This document shows positions 40,618-49,461 of a stretch of 64,000 nucleotides of DNA, piece after piece. The position numbers were made by a program, and so were the translations under genes. The DNA is from an uncultured Candidatus Micrarchaeota archaeon (GTDB taxonomy: Archaea; Micrarchaeota; Micrarchaeia; Micrarchaeales; CABMGC01): assembly GCA_963833485.1 (NCBI GenBank), contig CAWHXT010000005.1:114845-178844 (forward strand), given 5' to 3'. The notes under the pieces were generated by a model. That model was not told the DNA's origin and did no database searches. It was given only the letters and a program-made list of their open reading frames with translations. How positions within the stretch are numbered: position 1 is the first letter of the stretch; every line of letters begins with the position of its first letter.

Positions 40618-41676
40618 TTGGCTGTAGACCTTGGGAAGTTCGTTGGTGAAGTCAAGCAGAGAATAGAAATTGAGGAGCTTGCGAACAAGAGAGTGGCGAT
40701 CGACGCTTACAACACGATATATCAGTTCATATCGATAATAAGGCAGCCTGACGGGACGCCGCTCTTCGATTCGAAGAACAGGGTGACCAGCCACCTGTCC
40801 GGGCTTTTCTACAGGACGATAAACCTGATGGAGAAGGGAGTAGTGCCTATTTACGTCTTTGATGGGATCCCTCCATCGTTTAAGAAAAGGACCCTTGAGG
40901 CGAGAATGAACAGGAGGAAGGAGGCCTACGAAGAGTGGCAGGCTGCCAAGGAGAAAGGCATGATAGAGGAGGCGAGGAGCTACGCAATGGCAAGCAGCAA
41001 GATAAACAAGGAGATGGTGGACAGCGCGAAGGAGCTGCTTAATTGCATGGGCGTGCCTTACATACAGGCGCCTAGCGAAGGAGAGGCTCAGGCTGCGAGT
41101 ATGGTCAGGGAGGGGCTAGTATACGCAGCGGCAAGCCAGGACTACGACCTTTTCCTTTTCGGGTCTGATGTAGTGGTGAGGAACCTAACGATTACTGGAA
41201 AGAGGAAGCTTCCGGGAAAGAACATTTACATAGATGTAGAGGTTGACAGGATCCTCCTAAAGGAGCTGCTCAAGCACCTCGGGATTGACAGAAGGAAGCT
41301 TATTTGGGTTGGCATGCTTGTAGGAACAGATTTCAATGAAGGGATAGAGAAGGTCGGACCGAAGACAGCGTTCAAGATAGCCAGCACCTGCAAAAACATG
41401 AAAGAGATAGAGTTGCACATCAAGGAGAAATATGGCAAAGAGTTTGATGTTGACCCACAGGAGGTAGAAGATATCTTCATGAAGCCAGAAGTTTCAAAAC
41501 TTGACTCTGAAGAGTTTGAGGAGAAGATCAAGAATTCGGTACCTAACAAGAGCGCGATAATAAAACTTATGTGCGACGAGCATGACTTCTCTGTCGATAG
41601 AATATCAAAATTTACAGATAAATTATTGGATATTAAACACACGGCGGGTCAAAAAGGTATAAATAACTGGATGTAA
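40618..41676 (+). CDS. fen: Flap endonuclease 1
   Basis: IDAYNTIYQF, APSEGEAQ, SQDYD, GTDFN, PIP-like QKGINNW. Confidence 0.97.
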   Translation: MAVDLGKFVGEVKQRIEIEELANKRVAIDAYNTIYQFISIIRQPDGTPLFDSKNRVTSHLSGLFYRTINLMEKGVVPIYVFDGIPPSFKKRTLEARMNRRKEAYEEWQAAKEKGMIEEARSYAMASSKINKEMVDSAKELLNCMGVPYIQAPSEGEAQAASMVREGLVYAAASQDYDLFLFGSDVVVRNLTITGKRKLPGKNIYIDVEVDRILLKELLKHLGIDRRKLIWVGMLVGTDFNEGIEKVGPKTAFKIASTCKNMKEIELHIKEKYGKEFDVDPQEVEDIFMKPEVSKLDSEEFEEKIKNSVPNKSAIIKLMCDEHDFSVDRISKFTDKLLDIKHTAGQKGINNWM

Positions 41677-41684
41677 CAGAATAT

Positions 41685-42221
41685 GTGATTTTGATGGTGA
41701 GGAAGAAGGATGGGAAGGACCCGTTCAAATATCTTGATAACTTTTTCACTGACGACGCAAAGCTTGCTAATCTGTTCAACGTTCTGGTGAGGGAGATCTT
41801 CAACAATATGGAAGACACTGGTGAGAGATCCTCTTTTGTATATGGGATAAATATGAAGGTTGACAAGGATGGTGAACCAGTGGTAGAGCAGTTTGGGAAC
41901 GTGAAGAAGATGCCGGATGGCACGAGGGTGATGGAAGAGCGAGAGCCGCTTGTGGATGTCATAAAAAAGAGAAATGAGGTAGTGGTCATTGCCGAGATCC
42001 CTGGAGTTGAGAAGAGCGACATAAGGATAATTGCAAAACCATCAGAGATAGAGATTGTTGCTAATAGTAGGGAACAAGGCAGGAACTATTTCAAGAGAGT
42101 GAGCCTCCCGAAGAAAATAATTCCAAAGACTGGAAGCGCTACATATAATAATGGAATCATAGAGATTAGTGTTAGGACTGGCATTGATTCTGAAAGCGTG
42201 GGGAGGATAAGTATTAAGTAG
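41685..42221 (+). CDS. hsp20: Small heat shock protein Hsp20 (archaeal type)
   Basis: EQFGNV, EREPLVDV, AEIPGV, ATYNNGII. Confidence 0.92.
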   Translation: MILMVRKKDGKDPFKYLDNFFTDDAKLANLFNVLVREIFNNMEDTGERSSFVYGINMKVDKDGEPVVEQFGNVKKMPDGTRVMEEREPLVDVIKKRNEVVVIAEIPGVEKSDIRIIAKPSEIEIVANSREQGRNYFKRVSLPKKIIPKTGSATYNNGIIEISVRTGIDSESVGRISIK

Positions 42222-42229
42222 GTTATAAC

Positions 42230-42346
42230 ATGCAAATAAACATTAAGAAAAAAAGCAGGAGAGTTGGAAAAAGCTATAGAAAAGTCAGAAAGGCTTCTAG
42301 GTTGAGCAGAGCTATCAGGAAGCGATTTAGGAGAAGTAGGAGATAA
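42230..42346 (+). CDS. 38-aa Arg/Lys-rich peptide MQINIKKKSRRVGKSYRKVRKASRLSRAIRKRFRRSRR
   Basis: ATG 8 nt after the hsp20 stop; fills the gap; 19 of 38 residues K/R, none acidic. Confidence 0.55.
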   Translation: MQINIKKKSRRVGKSYRKVRKASRLSRAIRKRFRRSRR

Positions 42347-42400
42347 AAACAAGCACTAAGGAACTAATTTAAAGGCAAAAATCGTAATAAATACGATACA

Positions 42401-42808
42401 ATGGGCCAAATTTTGAAGCGCATTAAAGAAGGAATTAAGTCAGAACTCAGCGAAGCGCAGCAATACATGATTTCAGATAAAGGGCAGAGAGAAATAGAGA
42501 GGGCAGGATATAGCGGATTAGCCGCTGCGCCTGGCTTTGCAGCTATGGCTGGCATCACATATGATTATACCGCGAGATTCTTGAATTTTATTTTGACAAA
42601 TAATCGTTCGTTTATACCAACAGGGATTGATCCAGCTACTTTTGTTGGCGTTCCAATAATTTTTGCAAGTGCCACCGCTGTGGTTTACTTAAACAGAAAT
42701 GAGATCAAAGGACAGTTCATAGAGGGCGTTAACGAAATGAAGGGGTTAAAAAGAGATCTTACAGGTTTTGCAAAGGGGATCGTGCATCAGGCTAGGCGAC
42801 TATGCTAG
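42401..42808 (+). CDS. Hypothetical membrane protein
   Basis: 135 aa with two hydrophobic segments. Confidence 0.55.
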   Translation: MGQILKRIKEGIKSELSEAQQYMISDKGQREIERAGYSGLAAAPGFAAMAGITYDYTARFLNFILTNNRSFIPTGIDPATFVGVPIIFASATAVVYLNRNEIKGQFIEGVNEMKGLKRDLTGFAKGIVHQARRLC

Positions 42809-43387
42809 ATTGTTGTACATCTTGTCGTTAAACTCGTATGCTGTTACTTCTCCACCGTCTTTTATCTTGAGATCGGCGAGGAGCTCGTCCTTGCTTTGGA
42901 ACTCAGATATTCCGTTATCTAAATCAAACGCGAGCAGGCCCTTGCCATATTCAGAATAGACAACGAACCTTCGATCATCTTGCCTTGTGACTACTATTAT
43001 TCTTGTAGATACACAGCCGAGCGCTATCAGCAAGCTACATAGCAGTACAGCCTTGTCGAATACATCTCCAGCCCCGCTCTTAATCACTTGGTCCGGGCTC
43101 AGCCAGAAATCTACTGGAAGCTCCACCTGCGTTATCGTACTTTTCACGTACTTGTAAGCTTTCTCTGCTGCTTCCCTGAAGTTCTGCTCTAAGGCGTAGT
43201 TCTGAATTGTGCTCTTCAGATTATCAGCAAACCCAACTACGCTCTCTTCTTCAGGAGTTACAAGATTTGGCAACTCGGCTACGCTAAGGTCCTCATTTTC
43301 CTCTATGTATCCCCGGTACCGCATTATGATCTCTAGATAAAGAAGGTTATACTTCTTCAGCAGCTCTGCGTCATTTTCCATTGTCAT
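42800..43387 (-). CDS. Transglutaminase-like fold protein, probably inactive
   Basis: FWLSP.QVI..GAGDVFDKAVLLCSLL resembles GDCxDxAxLL. Confidence 0.6.
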   Translation of the reverse strand: MTMENDAELLKKYNLLYLEIIMRYRGYIEENEDLSVAELPNLVTPEEESVVGFADNLKSTIQNYALEQNFREAAEKAYKYVKSTITQVELPVDFWLSPDQVIKSGAGDVFDKAVLLCSLLIALGCVSTRIIVVTRQDDRRFVVYSEYGKGLLAFDLDNGISEFQSKDELLADLKIKDGGEVTAYEFNDKMYNNLA

Positions 43388-43501
43388 AAGCGTAATTAAA
43401 CAGACTTATCGTTAAGTCATTATATAATAGAGCAGAAAAAGATAATATTCTATTGTACCATCAGAAAATATGGGCTTAAGTGGAAAATCTGACAGCAGGG
43501 G

Positions 43502-43717
43502 TTATGTCTTCTTCTTTGACATCTTTTTTACTATCTTTTCGACATAATTAACAGCAAGGCCTAAGACTATAGCTAAAATTGCTAGGTAATAGAAAATTGT
43601 TCCCTTTCCTGCACATGATGAGATGACACATAGTTGACTCGAGTTGATAAAGAATCCTAAGGTCAGTGCTATGGCTCCAGTCCCGAACCAAGCAAAACTA
43701 TTTCTCGAAAACTTCAT
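43502..43717 (-). CDS. Small membrane protein
   Basis: Two TM segments, basic tail. Confidence 0.5.
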   Translation of the reverse strand: MKFSRNSFAWFGTGAIALTLGFFINSSQLCVISSCAGKGTIFYYLAILAIVLGLAVNYVEKIVKKMSKKKT

Positions 43718-43826
43718 AAGATTAAAACAACCTTAAAGTATTTAAAATATTGCAAGATTTAGTAAATGCTGGAGGCATAAATGCAGGCCAAAGCGCCAAT
43801 AAATAACTTACCTACATAGTCTTTTT

Positions 43827-44015
43827 ATGGACAATTATCTCAAACTGCTCAGTTCTGGGCTTCTTTTAGCCGTTGTAGGAGCAGTTGGTATTTTGAGCAA
43901 ACAAAATGACCCGCTAGCAAATTTTCTCTTCTGGGCGTTGTTTCTTTTGGGCGGATTCATCTTGTTAGGTTTTAAAGGAGGATTTTGGAAGAAGTGGCTT
44001 CGGCGTAACAAATAA
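43827..44015 (+). CDS. Small membrane protein
   Basis: Two TM segments, basic tail; ends next to the tRNA-Ser 3' end. Confidence 0.5.
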   Translation: MDNYLKLLSSGLLLAVVGAVGILSKQNDPLANFLFWALFLLGGFILLGFKGGFWKKWLRRNK

Positions 44016-44017
44016 AA

Positions 44018-44139
44018 CGCCAGGGTAGGGATTTGAACCCTAAAGCCCTTGCGGGCACTGGTTCGCTTGTTTTCGCATCACTAATCAGCTCTTGAGAAAA
44101 CCTCAAGACCAGCGCGTTACCAGATTCTGCCACCCTGGC
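44018..44139 (-). tRNA. tRNA-Ser(TGA) with 38-nt intron at 37/38 (44064-44101)
   Basis: GCCAGGG/CCCTGGC-G73, long variable arm GCCC-GCAA-GGGC, CTGGT-CT-TGA-G[intron]A-ACCAG, BHB helix CTTG/CAAG. Confidence 0.93.
44064..44101 (-). ncRNA. Putative intron-encoded minimal C'/D' K-loop guide for Um34 of the host tRNA
   Basis: GUUUUCUCAAGAG-CUGA-UUA-GUGAUGC; guide complementary to tRNA 31-39. Confidence 0.65.
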
Positions 44140-44196
44140 ATAATTAACATTCTGCTTGCTACCTTTATATCGTTTTCTAGGATTTAGAATAGATAT

Positions 44197-44451
44197 TTAA
44201 TGTGCCTGAGCTGCCTGATCTCTTCTTAGTTTCATTTCACTTGCTATTGGATAGGTCTCAAAAAGGATACCTTCAGACTGATCTTCAAACTCCTTCCAAG
44301 TCTCAGCAGGTATCTCGTCAGGGTTGCTGTAACTTTTGACCTTCTCATAAAGCTCCTTAAAGACTGAAGTCCTCAGTGCTTCATCAAGCTTAGGGTCAGC
44401 GGCTATATCTCTTAGCCACCCTGCTCTATCCACGACTTTTTGTCTATACAT
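44197..44451 (-). CDS. Hypothetical protein
   Basis: 84-aa ORF with AT-rich upstream region. Confidence 0.5.
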   Translation of the reverse strand: MYRQKVVDRAGWLRDIAADPKLDEALRTSVFKELYEKVKSYSNPDEIPAETWKEFEDQSEGILFETYPIASEMKLRRDQAAQAH

Positions 44452-44508
44452 AATTTAATTTATGTTGCAAAAATATTTATTCTTTCCGATAATTTTTCTG
44501 AAAAAAAA

Positions 44509-45822
44509 TTATAATTGACGTACAAGGGCTTTTGCTTCTCTCGTAATCTTAAGCGCTACAGGTTCTTTGCCTGCTAGAATCTCTAACGCAGCGCCTCCAG
44601 CTGTCATCCTTCTCCCTCCAAGCTTCTGATATACTTCTCCTAATCCAATATTATCAATCGAATCCGAAGAATTTCCACCTGGAACGAACAGATGTGATTT
44701 TTGGCTCAGAGCTCTATTAAGGATTCTCAATGTTTTATTGCATCCTTCTAGTTCATATCTATCCACAGGTCCGGCAGAGATTATGGTATCAGCACGTTCC
44801 ATCTCAGCAAAAAAGAGATTAAGGGATTCTTCACCTATACTTATTATATTTCCTTTTTTAGTGGAAAGGTCTTCTATCTTTACCTCTTCTTGCGTATCTA
44901 GAAGAAAATCAGTTGGGGATATTATGCGTCCTGGGAAGTCGTGCAAAAGCTTTTCGGCAGTCTCTAAGCCGCCGGTGCTTTGGATAAATTCCAGATTCTC
45001 CTGATTGAAATGCTCCTTAAAATTCACGCATGTTACGGTTTGCCCGGGGACTCCGCCGCACAACGCTATAACATTCTTGTTTCTCGCCAGTATGGGATGG
45101 ATGTTCTCGATTTTTTCAAATTTTGAACCTCCAATTATTAGCACAACGCGCCTTCCAGATTCAAGCTCATTTTTCATCTCGTATATTGTACCTAATTCCT
45201 CCTCCATCTGTCGCCCCAAGTAATAGGGTAGCGAGCCGATTGGACCTACTAGTGATGTGTGCCCTCTATGCATGGATGCAGGGGCATCGTTTTCAAAGAA
45301 ATCGGCAAGTTTTACCAAACGCTGTACCATAGCGCATTTCCTTTGCTCTTCGAGACTTGCAAACTTCCTCTTTTCATCAGGATCCGATCTAGTATTTTTA
45401 AGAAGAAGGGCCTGCCCCTCCTTTAGACTTCTAACTGCTTTTTCTGTTTCTTCTCCACCTAAAGAATTTGAGTATACAACTTCTGTGTTTACTGTGAGTT
45501 TGTTTAGCGCCTGCGCAAGCTGTTCGAGATTTTCTAGGTATTCTGGGTCTCCAGGAGTAGCGTAATGAGTGCATAATATTACCTTTAAGCCTTTTTTAGT
45601 ATCCTTATCTAAATGTCTTGCAACTTCTACAACTCGAAGATTTCTCTCGCTTAGTTTAACGGTAGGGGTGGTCTGCGTAGCTGTAGTTGTTGTTTGGGTA
45701 GAAGCTGTTGATGTAACAGTAACCTGTCCGGGTACGTTCAGATCAACCCTCTTAAGTACTGTTAAACCACTTAACCTATCAATATCCCTGCTCACAAAAA
45801 GGTCGGCGTATTGACTCATCAT
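44509..45822 (-). CDS. pgk: Phosphoglycerate kinase-like protein (divergent)
   Basis: RVDLNVP, LLKNTR, NDA..MHRGHTS, IGGSK, TAGGAALE. Confidence 0.8.
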   Translation of the reverse strand: MMSQYADLFVSRDIDRLSGLTVLKRVDLNVPGQVTVTSTASTQTTTTATQTTPTVKLSERNLRVVEVARHLDKDTKKGLKVILCTHYATPGDPEYLENLEQLAQALNKLTVNTEVVYSNSLGGEETEKAVRSLKEGQALLLKNTRSDPDEKRKFASLEEQRKCAMVQRLVKLADFFENDAPASMHRGHTSLVGPIGSLPYYLGRQMEEELGTIYEMKNELESGRRVVLIIGGSKFEKIENIHPILARNKNVIALCGGVPGQTVTCVNFKEHFNQENLEFIQSTGGLETAEKLLHDFPGRIISPTDFLLDTQEEVKIEDLSTKKGNIISIGEESLNLFFAEMERADTIISAGPVDRYELEGCNKTLRILNRALSQKSHLFVPGGNSSDSIDNIGLGEVYQKLGGRRMTAGGAALEILAGKEPVALKITREAKALVRQL

Positions 45823-45872
45823 CTTATCTAACCCCCTGCTAAGCTAATACTCGCTTTCCATGTTTTTATAAT

Positions 45873-46736
45873 TTATGGATATGTTTTTTTAATAAAATAG
45901 ATGTCCCCCATTGATCTTTTTTCTTCTAACGCGATAGTAAACCCGTTAGATCTTAACAAGTTTTTAACTTGGCTTCGTAATTTTGGACTATGAACCTCAA
46001 CAACAATCTTCTTTATGTTTTTAAGTAACTTTTTGCTAGATTTTAAGACTCTGAACTCTCCGCCTTCTATATCAATTTTTAATAAGTCGATCTTTTTTAT
46101 CTTAAATCTCTTGCAGATTTCCTCTAGGGTTGTTGAATTTAGTTTTACTTTCTTAACATATTCCTGCGCTAACCATGAACGTTTTCCTTGAACCCTGAGG
46201 CCACCTATTGCAGTAACTCCCTTCACAATTTCAAAATTCACCCTTCCTTTGACTTCAGAAACTACGCTATTCACTAATTTTACTTTTAGTTTGTTTGCTT
46301 GCATATTCTTTTTCAAAATTTTAAATGCAACAGGATTAGCTTCAACAGCAATGATTTTAGCTTTGGGTGCTTTTTCTAAAGCTGCTAACGTGAAATATCC
46401 TTCATTACCGCCCAAATCAATGATAATTCTGTCATTTTTAGAAGGAAAACCTGGCAGTTGCTGGTGAGCTCTATCTTTAAAAAGCTCTAGAAAAGTATCA
46501 AGGGAACCTATTTCGTTTTCTTTATTAAACCATAAATTCCATTTTCGTAGCTTTGCCGGGAATTTTTGCCCAGGACTGACTAATATAATATCATTTTTTA
46601 CTCTTGCAGTCCCATTTTGCATCCGTATTAGATAATTCTTTCTTTTTAATTCCTTTTTGAGATTATTGATATATTCGACAGTCTTCTTGTCGTTTGTTTG
46701 CTTCAATGCCCAACCAAAATCTAATTTTAACATCAA
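45873..46736 (-). CDS. FkbM-family SAM methyltransferase
   Basis: IIDLGGNEG, AVEANP, LLKIDIEGGE. Confidence 0.88.
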   Translation of the reverse strand: MMLKLDFGWALKQTNDKKTVEYINNLKKELKRKNYLIRMQNGTARVKNDIILVSPGQKFPAKLRKWNLWFNKENEIGSLDTFLELFKDRAHQQLPGFPSKNDRIIIDLGGNEGYFTLAALEKAPKAKIIAVEANPVAFKILKKNMQANKLKVKLVNSVVSEVKGRVNFEIVKGVTAIGGLRVQGKRSWLAQEYVKKVKLNSTTLEEICKRFKIKKIDLLKIDIEGGEFRVLKSSKKLLKNIKKIVVEVHSPKLRSQVKNLLRSNGFTIALEEKRSMGDIYFIKKTYP

Positions 46737-46764
46737 ACTACTCTCACGTCAAAAAGTGCGTACA

Positions 46765-48027
46765 CTACTCTGAATTTGGTTTTAAGGTAGGTTTTCCTGG
46801 TTCCCACCCTTCCGGGCACAGTTCCCCAGGGTGTGCTCTTGCATATTGAGCTGCAGTTAATTTTCTTAATATTTCTTGCACGTTTCTTCCTATTTTATCT
46901 TCATTCATTTCCATTACCTGCAGAATTCCATCAGGATCGAAGATGAAAGTTGCCCTTACGATAGGATTGCCTTCATTATACACGTGGAATAATTCACATA
47001 CTTCTCCTTTTGGGTCTGATCCCATGGGGTATTTTATTTTCTGTATATTATTAGAGGAAGCCCGCCATGCTATATGTGAATCAATACTATCCATACTGAT
47101 GCTTAAAATCTCCGCTTCTGCAGCCTCAAATTTATCATAATTATCTGCTAATGCTCCCAACTCAGTAGGGCAGACGAAGGTAAAATCTCCTGGATAAAAG
47201 ACGACTACAAGCCATTTACCTTTGTATGCTGCTGAGCTCAGCGTTACGGATTTTGTAAACTGATATGCATTAATTGTGAAATCTGGAAGTTTCTGCCCGA
47301 TTTTTAAAGATTTACTATAATCTGTAGGTAATGATTCAAGAAGAATGCCAGTATTGTCTTCGATACGATAGGGTTTCTTTGTTAGAAGTACGCCGTTTGC
47401 ATCAATCTTTTTTACATTTATCCATCTCTGATTCCTCTCTTCATTGAAACTGAGAATTATGGAGTCTTTTATGGTACGCTCCAGCATGTTTGAAAGGCTT
47501 AGCTGCTTTTTATCAGCAGAGATTTCTGAAGTTATAAATGTAGTAAGAGCATGATTGCTCTCTAACAAAGATACCAGTTCTTTCATGTATGCTAAACAAT
47601 CTGCCTCTGATTCTTCAGAATAACTCAAAAGTGAGTCTATAGAGTCTATTACAAGCCTCTGTGCCCCCAACGAACTAATATGTGTTGATAATAGAGCGAA
47701 CATTTCCTTTGCGCTTAGTATTGGTTTACTGCTTTTGGATACGTAAGGTGATAAGTCTAGAATAACTAATTTGCTGCTTTCTACCCATTTTCTTAAGTTC
47801 CAGCCCATTCTCCCGGCAAGACCAAAAATATCAATTGGTTTTCCAATAGTCGTTGCATAAACGGCATTCTCTCCTTTTTCCAATCCACGATTGATAAATT
47901 GTAGACTAAAAATTGTTTTTCCTGTTTTTGCCTCACCATTTACAAGAAAAACCTTATTTTTCTCTAGACCGCCCCCTAACAGATAATCTAAATCAAGTAT
48001 ACCAGTTTCGATTTTTGAAGCTGTCAT
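46765..48027 (-). CDS. KaiC/RAD55-like ATPase domain fused to AhpC-type 2-Cys peroxiredoxin
   Basis: TGILDLD.LLGGG, GEAKTGKT, LVIDS; then YPGDFTFVCPTE, GRN, GELCPEGW. Confidence 0.9.
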   Translation of the reverse strand: MTASKIETGILDLDYLLGGGLEKNKVFLVNGEAKTGKTIFSLQFINRGLEKGENAVYATTIGKPIDIFGLAGRMGWNLRKWVESSKLVILDLSPYVSKSSKPILSAKEMFALLSTHISSLGAQRLVIDSIDSLLSYSEESEADCLAYMKELVSLLESNHALTTFITSEISADKKQLSLSNMLERTIKDSIILSFNEERNQRWINVKKIDANGVLLTKKPYRIEDNTGILLESLPTDYSKSLKIGQKLPDFTINAYQFTKSVTLSSAAYKGKWLVVVFYPGDFTFVCPTELGALADNYDKFEAAEAEILSISMDSIDSHIAWRASSNNIQKIKYPMGSDPKGEVCELFHVYNEGNPIVRATFIFDPDGILQVMEMNEDKIGRNVQEILRKLTAAQYARAHPGELCPEGWEPGKPTLKPNSE

Positions 48028-48088
48028 TAAAATCGTTAAATAATAGGCAGCAAAATTTAATAAAGGTACTTTTTAACAGACGCTTAGT

Positions 48089-48163
48089 TGCTCCCATCGG
48101 GATTTGAACCCGAGTTTCTGGGTTGAGAACCCAGCGTCCTTGGCCGGGCTGGACGATGGGAGC
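48089..48163 (-). tRNA. tRNA-Glu(CTC), intronless
   Basis: GCTCCCA/TGGGAGC-A, CTGGG-TTCTCAA-CCCAG, TTCAAAT T loop. Confidence 0.95.
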
Positions 48164-48224
48164 AAAGTAATTTATCCTTTTTCAGATAATATCTATTTGC
48201 TGCTTATTAATATTTGCTGGTTCC

Positions 48225-49445
48225 ATGTTGCTTTCCGAGAAATACGCACCGAATACGCTCAATCAGGTCATTGGCAATGATTTTGCCATAAAGAGGCTGC
48301 TGAACTTCGGCACCGAAGTACAGGAGAGCCACATTGGCAAGCCTCTGCTTATTTTTGGTCCTCCTGGAGTAGGAAAGACGTGCGCTGTGCACGCTTTAGC
48401 GTATTCAAACGGATTTGAGCTCCTTGAATTTAATGCAAGCGACTACATGGACGCGGGGTCTCTGAGCAAGAGGCTGCTTCCAGCTACCAACTCCCGTGGT
48501 CTGTTTAGCAAGAGGATGCTGATCCTGCTTGATGAGGTGGATGAGAGATCGATAAAGTTCGATTCCGGTTCAGAAAGGATACTTTTAGAGGTGGCAAAGA
48601 AATCAAAGCATCCAGTTATCTTCATTGCGAATGACTACTGGAGCAGAAAGATCAGCTTTCTCAGAGATATAGTAGAGAAAGTGGAGTTCAAGAGAATTCC
48701 AAAAGAGGATGTGCTGGCTCTGATTAAGGCTGTTCTGAAGAAAGAGAAGAAGGAGATGAGCGCAGAGCTGCTTGAAGAGATAGCTGGAAGGAGCAATGGG
48801 GACGTGAGGGGGGCACTGAACGATCTGGAAGTGATGCTTGGGGCCAAATCGGAGCTCATAGAGAACCTTGGAATTAGAGATAGAAAGTCAGAGATATTCT
48901 ACGTGCTTGACAAGATATTCACATCAGGAAACTTTGATATCGCAAGAAATGCCTACTCTTCTACCGACATTGAGAGCGGTATGCTCCTGAATTGGATTGA
49001 TCAGAACGTGCCGAACAGGTACAACTACTTTGGGGACATAGCAAACGCTTATATGAACTTAGCAAAGGCGAGCTTCTTCATAAACCAGGCGGAGAGGAAG
49101 AACCACTACAGCTACATGAGATACTCGAGCATCCTAGTTTCTAGTGGGGTTGCGGTCTCTGGAAGCGAGGGTTCAGGATACTACAAAAGCTATGCATTCC
49201 CTGAAAGCATAAGGCAGTTGAGCAAAACAAAGACTAGCAGGAGCGATCTTGCAAAGGTCCTTACAAAGCTCATATACGTGCTCCACGTCCACAAGAAGAA
49301 CATTTTCAGTGAGTACATATACATGCTGAAAGATATGATAGTCGAAGGAAACAAGGAATATGGTGAAGAGAAGACGCTTGAGTTCTTTGAGAGAGTATAT
49401 AACCTTGACAAGAACAATGTTGAAACGATTTCAAAGCTGAGCTGA
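48225..49445 (+). CDS. rfcL: Replication factor C large subunit
   Basis: EKYAP, GPPGVGKT, EFNASD, LDEVD, GDVRGALNDL. Confidence 0.93.
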   Translation: MLLSEKYAPNTLNQVIGNDFAIKRLLNFGTEVQESHIGKPLLIFGPPGVGKTCAVHALAYSNGFELLEFNASDYMDAGSLSKRLLPATNSRGLFSKRMLILLDEVDERSIKFDSGSERILLEVAKKSKHPVIFIANDYWSRKISFLRDIVEKVEFKRIPKEDVLALIKAVLKKEKKEMSAELLEEIAGRSNGDVRGALNDLEVMLGAKSELIENLGIRDRKSEIFYVLDKIFTSGNFDIARNAYSSTDIESGMLLNWIDQNVPNRYNYFGDIANAYMNLAKASFFINQAERKNHYSYMRYSSILVSSGVAVSGSEGSGYYKSYAFPESIRQLSKTKTSRSDLAKVLTKLIYVLHVHKKNIFSEYIYMLKDMIVEGNKEYGEEKTLEFFERVYNLDKNNVETISKLS

Positions 49446-49461
49446 GTGTGAGAAAGGCCTT

